A DNA stretch of 64,000 nt from Octopus vulgaris. Taxonomy: Eukaryota. Each line of letters begins with the position of its first letter. Within the stretch, counting starts at the first letter, position 1. The stretch spans positions 24,862,001 to 24,926,000 of the forward strand of contig OX597822.1 of assembly GCA_951406725.2 (NCBI GenBank), written 5' to 3'. This document shows positions 14,831 through 26,350 of the stretch, one piece after another. Both the position numbers and the translations under genes were made by a program. Below the pieces are notes generated by a model. It had not been told where the DNA came from, searched no databases, and was given only the letters and a program-made list of their open reading frames with translations.

Positions 14831-14931
14831 GTCTATCTGTCTATCTGTCTGTCTGTCTATCTGTCTGTCCGTTCGTCCGTCCGTCCGTCCGTCCGTCCGT
14901 CCATCCGTCTGTCCGTCCGTCTGTCTGTCTG

Positions 14932-15207
14932 TAGCCAATGTCATTGTAAACAGTTGCAATTTCATAACATGAAAGATAAACTGTAAAGTTCAAAAGGAGG
15001 AGATTTTTTCCTGTGAGTTACTAATGGTGGAGATTATAGTCAAGTGATTTGGAATCACAAATAGAACTTACAACATTTTAGGTCAGGCACAAAGCATTGA
15101 TTGCATTCATACATAAAAATAGAAGGAAACAGATAGATACATAAATATAGGCAGAGAAACAGACAGATGGGTAGATATATATATCATCATCATCATTTAA
15201 CGTCCGT
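14932..15207. repeat. Local duplication copy 2
   Basis: See 12256-12531; this copy ends ~24 bp into the SINE tail. Confidence 0.92.
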
Positions 15208-15766
15208 ACACACGTATCTGTACACACGCACACACACATATATTATGCATACATATATACATGTAAACATATGTACACATATATACATATACACACATAT
15301 ATACATACACATACGTGAAGGAACATGGCCTGGAGGTAAGTTGTTGCACTCATAATTGCACTCAAGATCGCAGTTTCAGTCCTCTAACTGGGAAGTGCAA
15401 TGTGTTCCATTGTGTTCTTCAGCCAAGCATTTCATGTCATGTTGTCTGAGTCAACGCCAATGGACTGGCATCCAGTTTATGGAAGAGTGTTGTGGACTTG
15501 GTGACTTTTACGCCAGCGGTGTGGCATAATTTGAAAGCTACAACAATGCAAGGAAGAGCATTGTGGCCAAATGGTATATAAAACTTGATAGTCTGGTCTG
15601 TTCTGTTATATATGTACATGTAAATATACATACATATATACGAGGTGGTATCAAGAAGTTCCCGGGTTAGTTATGTTTAATAAAAAATAATTAATTTACC
15701 TAAATTTGTATGTATACATATATATTTACAAATATATACACCCACTCACGCATAAACATATATATA

Positions 15767-15992
15767 TATTTCTTTACTACCACCCACTAGGGGCTAAACA
15801 TAGAGGGGACAAACAAGGACAGACAAACGGATTAAGTCAATTACATCGACCCAGTGCCTAACTGGTACTTTATTTATCGACCCCGAAAGGATGAAAGGCA
15901 AAGTCGACCTCGGCGGAATTTGAACTCAGAACGTAACGACAGACGAAATACGGCTACGCATTTCGCCCGGCGCGCTAACGTTTCTGCTAGCT
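15767..15992 (-). mobile_element. tRNA-derived SINE (gaggtcgactttgcctttcatcc family) monomer
   Basis: Homologous to the unit at 47895-48311. Confidence 0.8.
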
Positions 15993-16006
15993 CACGTACA
16001 TAGCAT

Positions 16007-16099
<93 letters not shown>

Positions 16100-16409
16100 T
16101 GTATGTATGTATGTATGTATGTATGTGGTTGCGTATGTGAGTGTATGTATGTGTGTGCGCATATATATATATAAATTGAATATTGAGAAAAAAAATCATC
16201 AGAATTTAGGAAAAAGATCTTATTATTTCTTTATTATTATTATAGCGTTTTCGTTTGTTTCTCGAACTTGTCAAATAGAATTTTGTGAATGTACAAACAG
16301 CTTGTTCATATATATAAAACAGATATTTTTCGGGGGTTTTGTTTAGGAGAAGAGAACATTGTTTTTGTTTTTTTGGTGGGTGGCGTGAGTTTCCATTGAC
16401 AATGGAAAT

Positions 16410-16450
<41 letters not shown>

Positions 16451-16669
16451 TACATACGACTGTGTTTGCTCCTACCATCACCACCACCACTACCGATTGA
16501 CAACCGTTGTTGGTATGGCTACGTCCCTATAATTTTGAGCTTCGGCAGAAGACACCGATAGAGTAAATATCAAGCTTAAAAACGAGAAATAGGGTCGATT
16601 TGTTCGACTAAAATTCTCTAAGGCTCAGCATGGCCGCAGTTTAACGACCGAAACAAGTAAAAATAAAAT

Positions 16670-16950
16670 AAAATAATAATAATAATGAAATTATTGTATA
16701 CAGTGCTCAGGTGCACCACAACTTGTCAAAAGTGCGTATAAAGTATATGCAGTCATGTACAAATGTCTGGACAGCGAACAGTATATGAGTCTGATACGTG
16801 CTTGCGTGTGTATGGAGGGGAGAAAATTAGGTGTAGTGTTGGCGAATCTCAGGAAGCATGGAAGATTTGAAGGATGCAGTGCTCCGACAACTAACAACTG
16901 ATGCTGGCAGTTTGTTCCATACTTCAGCAACTCTCAGCGTGAATAAATGT
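16670..16950 (-). mobile_element. CR1/L2-clade LINE 3' fragment, second copy
   Basis: Closely similar to 6775-7050; encodes HLFTLRVAEVWNKLPASVVSCRSTASFK. Confidence 0.8.
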
Positions 16951-17521
16951 TTTGTTTATAAAAATAGTGTTTCTTTCATTTTTGTTTCGCTGGTACAAAC
17001 AGGAAAAAAAAAAGATAAGGATTTTCTTTTCGCGCATTCTGACTGCTGATTTTTTTTCACTAATTGTCATCTATCCTCATTATTTCGGCCAACAGATTTG
17101 GACTTAAGAATCGGTATGTTTAATTAAAGGGCAATTCTTAGTTAGACATAGTGGAAGACCCTAAAGGAATTTTCATCAAATTGCTCGGTTGGTTTTCTTA
17201 AATAATTTAAATACGGTTCCTTAAGACAAGACATTAACACCAGAAAATAGACAAATTTCAAATCGCAACATGAGAATGAAATCTTCAGGGCGTAACTTTA
17301 CAGGAACTAATTATTATCTTAGTATACACACTGAAATTAATACTAGAATACACTATTACGGAAACTATTCTCTAAGATATATCTAAGAGTCTTCTCCCTT
17401 GAAACTTAATTTGTGACTATTTGTCTCCCTTGGATACTTACGAGCGTTGTTATACTGAACTATGGTCCTAACCTATCCCACCGAGGTCCCCAGTGGGATA
17501 GGTGAGCTCTTCAGTATGGAC

Positions 17522-17589
17522 CTAGGTAGTATAATGGTAGTATCCTCACTTGCTACAAAGAAACCGGGGTTCGATTCCCAGTCGGGTAG
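17522..17589 (+). pseudogene. Degenerate tRNA-like (Asp/Glu-type) sequence, probably a SINE head or pseudogene
   Basis: A-box tagtataatggt and B-box ggttcgattcc with tRNA spacing. The anticodon arm does not pair, so this is not a functional tRNA. Confidence 0.55.
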
Positions 17590-18253
17590 TCACTCAGAAT
17601 TTTTATTTTCAGTGGCGAGCCACCATATAATCTTTAGACTAACAAGTGGAGAATTGCAATATATAAGATTCTGTGCTGAACACAGTTGTGTTTATAAAAA
17701 TAGTGGTTCTTTAATTTTTGGTTCGCTAGTACAAACAGGATAAATTAAACTCAAAATACACACACGTGTGTGTGTGTGTGTGTGTGTAGCTTGTCACGCG
17801 ACTGCAGTTTCACACCACCGTGTATTTTAGGCGAATTAAGTATGGGCTGGTTGTTATTTCTAGCGAATTGAGTGCCCACATAGAGCAGGGTATATAGCAG
17901 GATGAATATGGTAAAATTTTAACATCAATGTTTAATTTCACCAACTCACAAGTATTGTAACTTAGATTAAATTATTGTCTGAGTCTGGGTTTCAAGACTC
18001 AACCTATTGGATTCTTAAGGATAAAGATCAATTACGGCCTCAAATTTAAATAAGGGTGAAAATTTGCCCATAGGCGTATGACAATCCACCCTATTCTCTT
18101 ACTCAGCGAACATACAGGGTTCCTCATTGAATCGCTTTAATTGGAGTCATTGTTGTTGTCTGACTCTCAGCTCATCGAGCAAACTTATGACTATACCCGT
18201 TCCCTTCGTGACCATCAATTTTATTTACTAATATTACATCATACAATGCAAGA

Positions 18254-18460
18254 CGGCGAGCTGATAAAATCGTTATCACACCAGACAAAATACTTAGTGG
18301 CATTTCGTCCGTCTTTAAGTTCCGAGTTCAAATTTCACCGCGGTGAGGTTTCTCTTTCATGCTTTCTGGGTCGATAAAATAAGTACCAGTTAAGTACTGA
18401 GGTCGATGTAATCATCTTCTCCCTCCCCTGAAATTACTGGCCTTGTGTCAAAATTTGAAA
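18254..18460 (+). mobile_element. tRNA-derived SINE (gaggtcgactttgcc family), degenerate
   Basis: ggcgagctg...gagttcaaatt...gtcgataaaataagtaccagt...ggccttgtgtcaaaatttgaaa. Confidence 0.7.
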
Positions 18461-19302
18461 CTAATTTTATATTATCCAATGTTATCTTTCTTCGTGAGAC
18501 AATAGAATGCAATTTGAGGGAGATTTATTTAACTACTGTTTCTAGAACGACGAATAATCAGGTATAGGCTCCCTGATATTTTACCCCCGTTTAGTCTGAA
18601 TCCTTTATATATTTACAGGGCTTCTGAGATTGGTGGGATAACGAGTGGTAAGTATCCTCAAACCGGGAGTCCTTAGAGAAACGAAGTGAAAAGAACTCAA
18701 TTAAACATGGCAGCAGCCACATTATGTAAGTGATAGTCGGACGTAGTAGAGAGAGCCATTTCGGACGTAGTAGAGCTGTAAACTTTACAGTGTCGTTTGA
18801 GCCTACCTTGAGATTAAAAATGTATGTTTTTACAAACGCTAGTACAGACATGCTGCAGTACTTATTTTATCGACCCCGAAAGGATGAAAGGCAAAGTTGA
18901 CCTCGTTGGCATTTGAACTCAGAAACGTAAAGACGGACGAAATGCCGTTTAGCATTTTGTAATGCAATTTGTCCTACGTTGTAACTGTTCTGGCGATTCG
19001 CTTGTTTTAGCAGCAGTTGAAGGGGTTAAAAGGATTATGTGCTAGTTTATATTTAGAAATGATCGCATAGATTCTCACGATATTGAGGAAGTAACGATTT
19101 AAAAAAAAATAAGAATGATAAAAAATAAAAAAAAGCTAGGCTTATAATTTTTGTTACAAAATTTAGGGTACATTTAGTAGGAAACTAATATACATTGTTA
19201 GCAAAATGAATCTATGAAACGAAAAGGTGGTGGGAGATTTTTTTTGCGCTTAATCAGCCTACTGAATAATTCAAGGTTGATTAATGCATAATAAAGACAG
19301 CT

Positions 19303-19346
<44 letters not shown>

Positions 19347-20441
19347 TTATTGTAATTATTTGACAATAGGGGAAGTTATTATTTAACAAGGTTGAAAAGC
19401 ATTCGAATTTAGCCGTCAGCGAGAATTAGCGCGTTGTTACAATGGCAGCATTAGGGCAATTGTGTGTGATGTGTGTGTGTGTTATTGTGTATGGGCATGT
19501 AAGAGAAAGGGAAAGAAAAAGAGAAATAGAGAGAACCTCTGTATGAGAAAGGAAGAAAGAGAGATAACGCGTGCTATTGTGAGTTTGTGCGAGAGAGAAA
19601 GTGTGAGAAAAAGGGACAGAGAAAAAGAGAGAGACAGAGAAAGAGAGAAAAAGAGATAGATAGATAGAGAGGGAGAGAGAGAGAGAAAGAGGGAGAGAGG
19701 GGGAGAGATTGGGAATTTAGTGTTCCCAGATTAAAGCGGAACCAGTACGGAAATTACAATAAAGGAAACTGATGAAAAATACCAAGTTTTACTTTATTTT
19801 TTGAAGTATTTATCGATATCTGTGTCAAAAGAAGTAAAAACTTCGATTGCACATCCAATTAGTATTTCCCAGCATTTAGTTTCAATCCTCAGATCCTGCT
19901 AGTGCTGTCGATTCTGTTTTTGCTGCCGAGGGTCAATATCGAATTTAAGCATGATAGTCGTGATAGCATTACTGATATTGATGTTAATTGCTCGCTCATC
20001 CCTGTGCTGGTAGACGTATGGTCAAAGGTATTCCAGCCGTGACCGTCTCATCATGTTTTCATTTATTTATTTATTTTTTTCTTCAGGCATAGAGTGTCCC
20101 CAACCACATTATTCAACGTGTTCTTTGTGATGGTAGCGTGATATTTGATCTAAATGTTGCTGCTATTTCTACTAGGTCAAGCGACCGCCAACAAAATAGG
20201 AGTGAGGAGACGACGGCGGTGGGGAAAAAAATTTTTTTGTTTGGAAATTAGTAAAGAAAAAAAACAGCTTAAAAAAGATTAACAGTTGAAAACAATGTCA
20301 GATTAGCGTGATAAAATGGATGTAACTATTATTATTATTATTATTATTTTTATTATGAAAGGAACAGTGGAACAGAGTGTCAAATGAACTTCTAATTGCC
20401 ATTCGTCTCAATATAGACATATACATACATGTTTATATATA

Positions 20442-20476
<35 letters not shown>

Positions 20477-20722
20477 ATGTATACACATACATAACGATAC
20501 TGAAATCTGTAGCGAATTGTGGCCATATAACACTTAAGGTACAAGAAGAATTTTTAAGCAATTACAATTACATGCTACTGTAATGAAAAGAAAAGTCAGC
20601 ATTAGCGAAAATGTTCGTCAAAATAAGAAAAATGTGTAAGGGAGAGAATTCCGAAGTTTAAATTGATAAAAAATGAAATGCAGCCGAGGAAATGGGTCTG
20701 ATGCTCCATCTTATAATAATAA

Positions 20723-21090
20723 TCTCTCTATATATAAACGGCAAAATGTCTGTGTGTGTATCCTTTATACAAATCCACAATTTTTCAGTTAGAGGGCTCG
20801 CACTTTCTATGGTTATTCAAAACCGTCCAAGGGTGGTCGTGCACATCTTTACATTTCCCTAGTTACCCCGCAAAGCCATTACAAAATCAATAGAAGTGGC
20901 TTTTTTGTGAATTTTCTATCCAAAACCCAATCAAAATGCCCGAAACTTGATACGCCAATTGAATGCCAGCTAGCTGTATGTGAGTGGTCGGAGATTTGGA
21001 CAGTACTCGCGTGTATGTGAGCACGCACGCACGCAGCTGTATATGCATGCACTAGCACTATGACTCGCCGTTGCCGGGTCATAGTGCTAG
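20723..21090 (+). mobile_element. Non-autonomous Helitron (368 bp)
   Basis: 5' A|TCTCTCTATATATAAA and 3' CTAG|T. Subterminal hairpin with perfect 14-bp arms actagcactatgac / gtcatagtgctagt. No TSD. Confidence 0.8.
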
Positions 21091-21217
21091 TCAAGGAATA
21101 AATCTCCAGTCCTTATTTTTGGTGTAAGAATTCACAAGGTTTTTCTATCTTCAAAATAATTTCATACTCAATATCGAATAGGGATAGAAGTAACGAAATG
21201 AGATAATGTTGACTTAC

Positions 21218-21667
21218 CTTAGGAACATCAATTGCAAAAGAGTCCAGCATTTCATCCAAAGTTTGGTAACCTTGGAATTTTGTGTCATCACCGTCCCATC
21301 CGGGTACACGAATGACCTTTGGTTTCCGAGCTTTTTCACAGATATCAAGAATGTCCCTGACAGTGACATCTCCTTTCCTTCGCTGTAATTTGCTCCACAT
21401 AGCTTCAGAAGTTGAAGAAACTTCACCTTTCAAAGGACCATGCTTCATTTTACCGGCAGAAGTCTGTTCGTTGCGATTAGCCGAGCGATGATCTTTCTTA
21501 GCTGGTTCTTGTACTTGTTGTTCATCGTTGACTTTCTTGTTGAAAATGTCAAAAGCCCGCGGTTTGGGCTTTTGTTGTTGTGGAACAGTTGTCGCTTCTG
21601 TGTTGTTCGTTGCTGTGCCATTTGCTGTTGATGTTCCTTTGCGTTTGTCACTTCTGTCTTGAGAAAC
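21218..21667 (-). CDS. Coding exon D of the same gene (VSQDRSDK...GDVTVRDILDICEK...DEMLDSFAIDVPK); tentatively the end of a long N-terminal extension of an FHOD-type (FH1/FH2 domain) formin
   Basis: Lies within ORF 21113..21757, with a perfect donor AAG|gtaagt at 21218/21217 (phase 0). The 5' boundary is uncertain: a phase-0 acceptor (tcttctaattcgaag|) at 21667, or an in-frame ATG at 21757. The formin assignment rests on recollection and exon phase only; no FH2/GBD sequence is in the window. Confidence 0.75.
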
Positions 21668-23076
21668 CTTCGAATTAGAAGAGTCCAACATAAATGGCTT
21701 ATTCCAGTAATATTTTTGTCTGCTAATGACAAGATATACACTTTTACCCATTTTCATGCAGGAAATTTATCCCTAAAAAGCTAAAATTGTAACGAAAGTA
21801 GAGATGAAATGAAAAAAACTGAGTTCTCATATAGATATTTTATTTCATCTCTTTACGAAAATTAAATTTTAATTCATACGAAAAAAAAAAAATAGCTTTG
21901 ACATTACGAAATATTAATGGATCAGTGCGGACAAAAATTTATGTCTGGATTCGATTTTGTTTTCAAAGAAATCTTTGTGAATTAAAATAATAGATTTATA
22001 TCGAAAACACACAGAAAAAGAAAAAAAGTTGAAATCGAAACGTTTGTTTTAAAATCCATATTGTAAATACATATATTCATCAATATTTCTCGAAATATAG
22101 GCTCGGACAGAATATATTTAAAAAAAAACTTCAGTTACGAAATGAGAAGAAGAACGAAAGAGCATCTCTTAGATTCAATACAGACATAAGGTACAACACT
22201 GGATCCACATCGAAAGTCGAAATAGTTGGAATATCCACTTGGCACGTCAACCCCAGTTCAAGTACTTTCACTACTAAAAGAAGTGGGTTTATTCAAACTA
22301 GCTTATTGTATTAATTTCATTCATGGTTGACATGATATAATATAATCAGGGAAATAATCTACAGAAATCTCATTGTATGTTCAATTCTTAATTTTTATTA
22401 CTATATCACACGTATGTGTATGTACGTATGTATATAAGTGCGCCTGTGTATATGCTGTATATCATAATCGTTTTCCTCTCTTTTTACAGCTGTAATATAT
22501 ATTTATCCGCTTTAAATTATTAAATAGGTATTAAATAATTAAATCGATAGAAAGACAGCTAATTGACGTAAAAATGAATTGTTAATTGTTTTCCCTCTCA
22601 CTCGTTGTCAACTCTAGTGACATTTCTGAGAAGAGTCGCAGCTCTGCAATATGAAATGATATGAATGGAGTGAAAATCATTATAATTTTTGCTGACGAAA
22701 GCTGTCGTTAATACCATAATCTCACTGAACATGTATATTTAACCGAGTGAATGTTTTACCTGGAGGGCAACACGTACATATGAAGATTCACTAACTTAAT
22801 GTAGCAAGCGCGGTGATTTTAATTAATCGAAACTTGTACTTGTACCAAGGTGAGACAAACATCGTAAAACAATGCTTAACTAAACCAAACAAATGCATAC
22901 AGTACATAATGTTAATATACATACTAGACACTACTACAAAAACCAGAGCCAAATGGAATAGCTAACTAAAGGTTCTATATTGTAAGGAAATTTAATAGCA
23001 GTTCGTTCACAGCATTAAAATGCCTTTTAAAATACCTTAGTCCTAAGTATTAATTATTTTTCTCTAAATGTTTTGA

Positions 23077-23382
23077 CCGTGGAGGCGCAATGGCTCAGTG
23101 CTTAGGGCAGCGGACTCGCGGTCGGTTTTTTGATTCCTAGATCGGGCGTTGTGTGTGTTTATTGAGCTAAAACACCTAAAGCTCCAAGAGGCTCCGGCAG
23201 GAGGTGGTGGTGACCCCTGTTGTACTCTTTCGTCCAAACTTTCTCTAACTCTTTCTTCCTGTTTCTTGAGTAACGCTGCGATGGACTGGCGTCCCATCCA
23301 GCTCGGGGGAACACATACGCCACAGAAACCGGGAAACCGGGCCCATGAGCCTGGCTAGGCTTGAAAAGGGCGCATAAATAAA
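23077..23382 (+). mobile_element. OR1-like tRNA(Arg) SINE with 12-bp TSD
   Basis: Head gtggaggcgcaatggctcagtg; TSD taaatgttttga at 23065-23076 and 23383-23394. Confidence 0.85.
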
Positions 23383-23477
23383 TAAATGTTTTGATAAAAT
23401 ATTCTAGTGTTAAGCTTTTAATTGGAAAGTCAAATTTAATTTAGCCATTAATTTCAATGATAAAACAGGCTCTGTTT

Positions 23478-23663
23478 GGTATCACTTTCGATTACCTGGC
23501 CATTTACACTTAAGTGTGTAGCCTAACCCTAACCCTAAAACTTTATTCTAATCCCAACCCAAATCCGAAACCCTAATTCTAACCCTAAACCTTAATCCTA
23601 ATCTTAACACAAATCAGGTCATTTCTACGGATACTGCGGAAAACGGTACACTAAAGTGGTATT
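23478..23663. mobile_element. Degenerate MITE carrying (CCCTAA)-like repeats
   Basis: Imperfect TIRs ggtatcacttt / aaagtggtatt, imperfect 8-bp TSD ctctgttt / ctcttttc, and an internal cctaaccctaaccctaa-like array at 23522-23610. Confidence 0.45.
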
Positions 23664-23761
23664 CTCTTTTCTTCTATGAGAACTTAGACTAGTAACGAGT
23701 TTTCTGTAATAGTATTATTAGAAATTTTTTAATTTGCTCAATGAAAATAGTTTTGACTTAC

Positions 23762-25451
23762 CTGTCTTTGTGGGCCTCTTCTTTCATCCAACATGTCTTC
23801 TACAGAGCTTTGTCTACTTGCTCTACCTGGTAGCGGTGGCTTTCCACCCCGCATGTAGCGGTTAGGCGAATCTTCACGCGAAAAACCACCGCTATCGCTT
23901 GCACCTTCAAAACCTTCCCCAGGTCTAGATCCCGGGTGTCGATATCCACCGTGAGGCGGTTGTCGATCATCGATTATATCTTCACGTGAATTTTCTCGTC
24001 TAATACGACGACCAGACTCATTGGAAGTTTGTCGTGATGGAGCCACATTTCTTCTTATATTTGCATTCGGTGATTCATCTCTTGTGAAAGCATCTGAAGA
24101 ACTGCCAGAACCTTTTCCAACTTTACGGAATACATTCTGATTTACTTCTACATTGGCTTTATTAAGGTCTGATTTCCGGAAGTCTTTATTGGGTAGGTTT
24201 TGGTCCCTCTCAGCTAGGGAATCAATCTCACTGCCTTTGGACGAATGCTTGTGTGCACGGTATTTATTTCGGCGATTCGGCGAAGAATCCCGCGAAAATG
24301 ATGGAGAATCTTCTCTTGCAGAACGTGACTCTTGCCGACTGTAGCGTGAGTCTTGCTTCCATCGGGAGCCACTTCTTTCAGGTGAAACTTCACGAGGTTC
24401 AGGTCTTTGATGTCGGTTATAATTATCGCGATTTTTCTCAGCACCAACGCCAGGATGTCTGTGAGGTTCTGTGAGGAGATTTTGTTTCCAGTGTTCAACT
24501 TTTTCAATGCTATCCCTTAAAGAAAGGTTCTCTGGGGTTAGCGACGAATTTTCTGATTTTAAGGCACCTTCTGGTTGTCTTTCTTTGCTACCATGGCGAC
24601 GTCTTCTAGGTTTGTCATCCAGCATGCTATCTCGCGAAGACGACCGGCTAAAACCGGGTTTACCGTCTCTGCTTCCCCCTTGGGATCGTCGTTCTTTCCG
24701 AGAACTCCTAGACTCTTCATATTCGTGTTCCTGTATAGGATTAGGATTTGGAGTACTTGTTCTTGGACCATATCTCCATTTGCTTGGAGCACCATCGTCT
24801 TCAAAGGCACTTAGTTCCGATTCAAATTCATCTCCTCGCCTCCTAGATGAACGAGACGGGGGTGGAGCATCACCATAAACTGCTTTCCTCCACGTTCTTT
24901 CTGACGGCGCGTCACTTATCGTTCCATCTGGCGGCGAATCTCTGTAATTTCTTCTGTTGTGTCCGCTACCACCTGTTTCATTGTTTGTTATTCCTGATCC
25001 CATTTCTCCGAGAGGTTTGTTCGCGGCTTTTTCGAATCTGTTTCTGAATTTTGAGAATTTATCTTCTTTGCCGCGGCCTCCCCCTTCTTCTTTAGCTCGT
25101 CCTCCACCTTCTTCGTCACAACCACTACCTCTCAGTCCTCTTCTGCCTCCTCCGCCTCCCCCTCCTCCTCCCCCACCGCCTCCTCCCCCTCCCCCACCGT
25201 CTCCTCCGGCTTCTCCTCGCTCTCTCGCTAGACGTGCTCTTCTCGTTTGGCTCAGCTCCTGTTCTCCGCCTGGAGATGTCTGTGTACCGATATCCTTCGT
25301 CAACTGTTCACTGATACGAAACCGTCTGTAAGTCTCGCGACGCACTTCCTTTTTCGGGATTTTGATCCGTTTCGTTTTCGATATGGCGTCTTTTCTGTTT
25401 GAATCTCGTGTGATTTCTGGTCGTGGTGATGTACCTCTGCATACTAAGTAT
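23762..25451 (-). CDS. Large internal coding exon C (1690 nt) of the same gene; Arg/Ser/Glu-rich disordered region with a poly-Gly tract and repeated RE/DxSP motifs
   Basis: Lies within the 634-aa ORF 23738..25642. Acceptor tttgtttttctcag|ATACTTAGTATGC (phase 2, R-YLVCRGTSP) and donor CAG|gtaagt at 23762/23761 (phase 0). Confidence 0.9.
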
Positions 25452-25886
25452 CTGAGAAAAACAAAAAGAAAAGACACATAAATATGTATATGCGTGTGTG
25501 TACATACATACATACATATATACATATATACATATATACATACATATGTATAAAAAGAAAAGGAGAAAAGAAAACTTCTAACAATGCAAAAAACTTTACA
25601 AGATCCTAAAACTTTACAAGAACCTTTATATTTCGCGGACAAAACCCTTCCTCAGAAGAAAGCAGTCCAAGAAATATCTTGTTACATCGAATTCGTTATT
25701 TATTAAGAAGACATTAGGATGAAACATTTCCTATAGCAATAACGGGCATAATAAACATAAATACTTTGGGAAGCCCTTAGTTTTGGTAACAATCCGTTGA
25801 TAACATTATTTGCGATTTTAATAAGCAGATTTCGTTGCATTTAATTCAACAAAGAAACCGGAAAAACCTAGCCAAGAATGCCGTAC

Positions 25887-26237
25887 CTGAAATCACGAGT
25901 ATTTTTTTCAGCTTCTGGTAGACTGTCTTCGGAATCACTTCTGGCGTCGCGTTTGCTGCGATATCGTGTGGTCACAGACGATTCTGCTGCCCGCCGACTG
26001 CTGCGAATGGATGGCGGGGCACTAACTTCTAAACACCTCCCTGATCTTCGCGGGTAATCTTTTCCGTAGTCTCGGCTGCTTGAGTAGTCGATACTCGAAC
26101 GGCTCCGACGTCTGTAATCTGTACCGAAGTCGAGAGGAGCTGAAACCTGTCGTTCCAGTTTACGTGTGGACGGAGATTTGTCTGAACGATATGAGGAATA
26201 TGTGGAATATGGGGAGGCACTGCCGCTGTAGTCGTAT
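25887..26237 (-). CDS. Internal coding exon B of the same gene (YDYSGSASPYSTYSSYRSDKSPSTRKLERQVSAPLDFG...EAEKNTRDF)
   Basis: Acceptor tcttcttacccacag| and donor TTCAG|gtacgg. 351 nt, phase 2-2, no stops in the frame continuing from exon A. The ORF track missed this frame because it has no ATG. Confidence 0.85.
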
Positions 26238-26350
26238 CTGTGGGTAAGAAGATAGAATAATAGAATTTAAAAAAATGAAGAGTTAATGTCGTACTAATAA
26301 TACAAACCAAAACGAAACAATCGGAGCAACTGCAAGAAAAAAAAAACATA

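Noticed and set aside
17522-17589. Functional tRNA gene (and tRNA-like heads at 5432, 23077, 46128, etc.)
   Set aside because: Cloverleaf stems are broken or the heads continue into SINE bodies.
22600-22645. Possible micro-exon between exons C and D (acceptor tttcatattgcag)
   Set aside because: In the required phase 0 it hits a stop (SCDSSQKCH*), and the donor is weak.
23522-23610. True telomere or chromosome-fusion relic
   Set aside because: Short, degenerate and enclosed by MITE-like termini.
24153-25331. Plus-strand ORFs including a poly-Pro (FH1-like) stretch at 24957..25331
   Set aside because: Antisense shadow of exon C. The poly-Pro is the reverse complement of the poly-Gly codons and is not evidence for a formin FH1 domain.
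25452-25642. N-terminal 64 aa of the 634-aa ORF
   Set aside because: Intronic microsatellite and polypyrimidine tract upstream of the acceptor at 25451.
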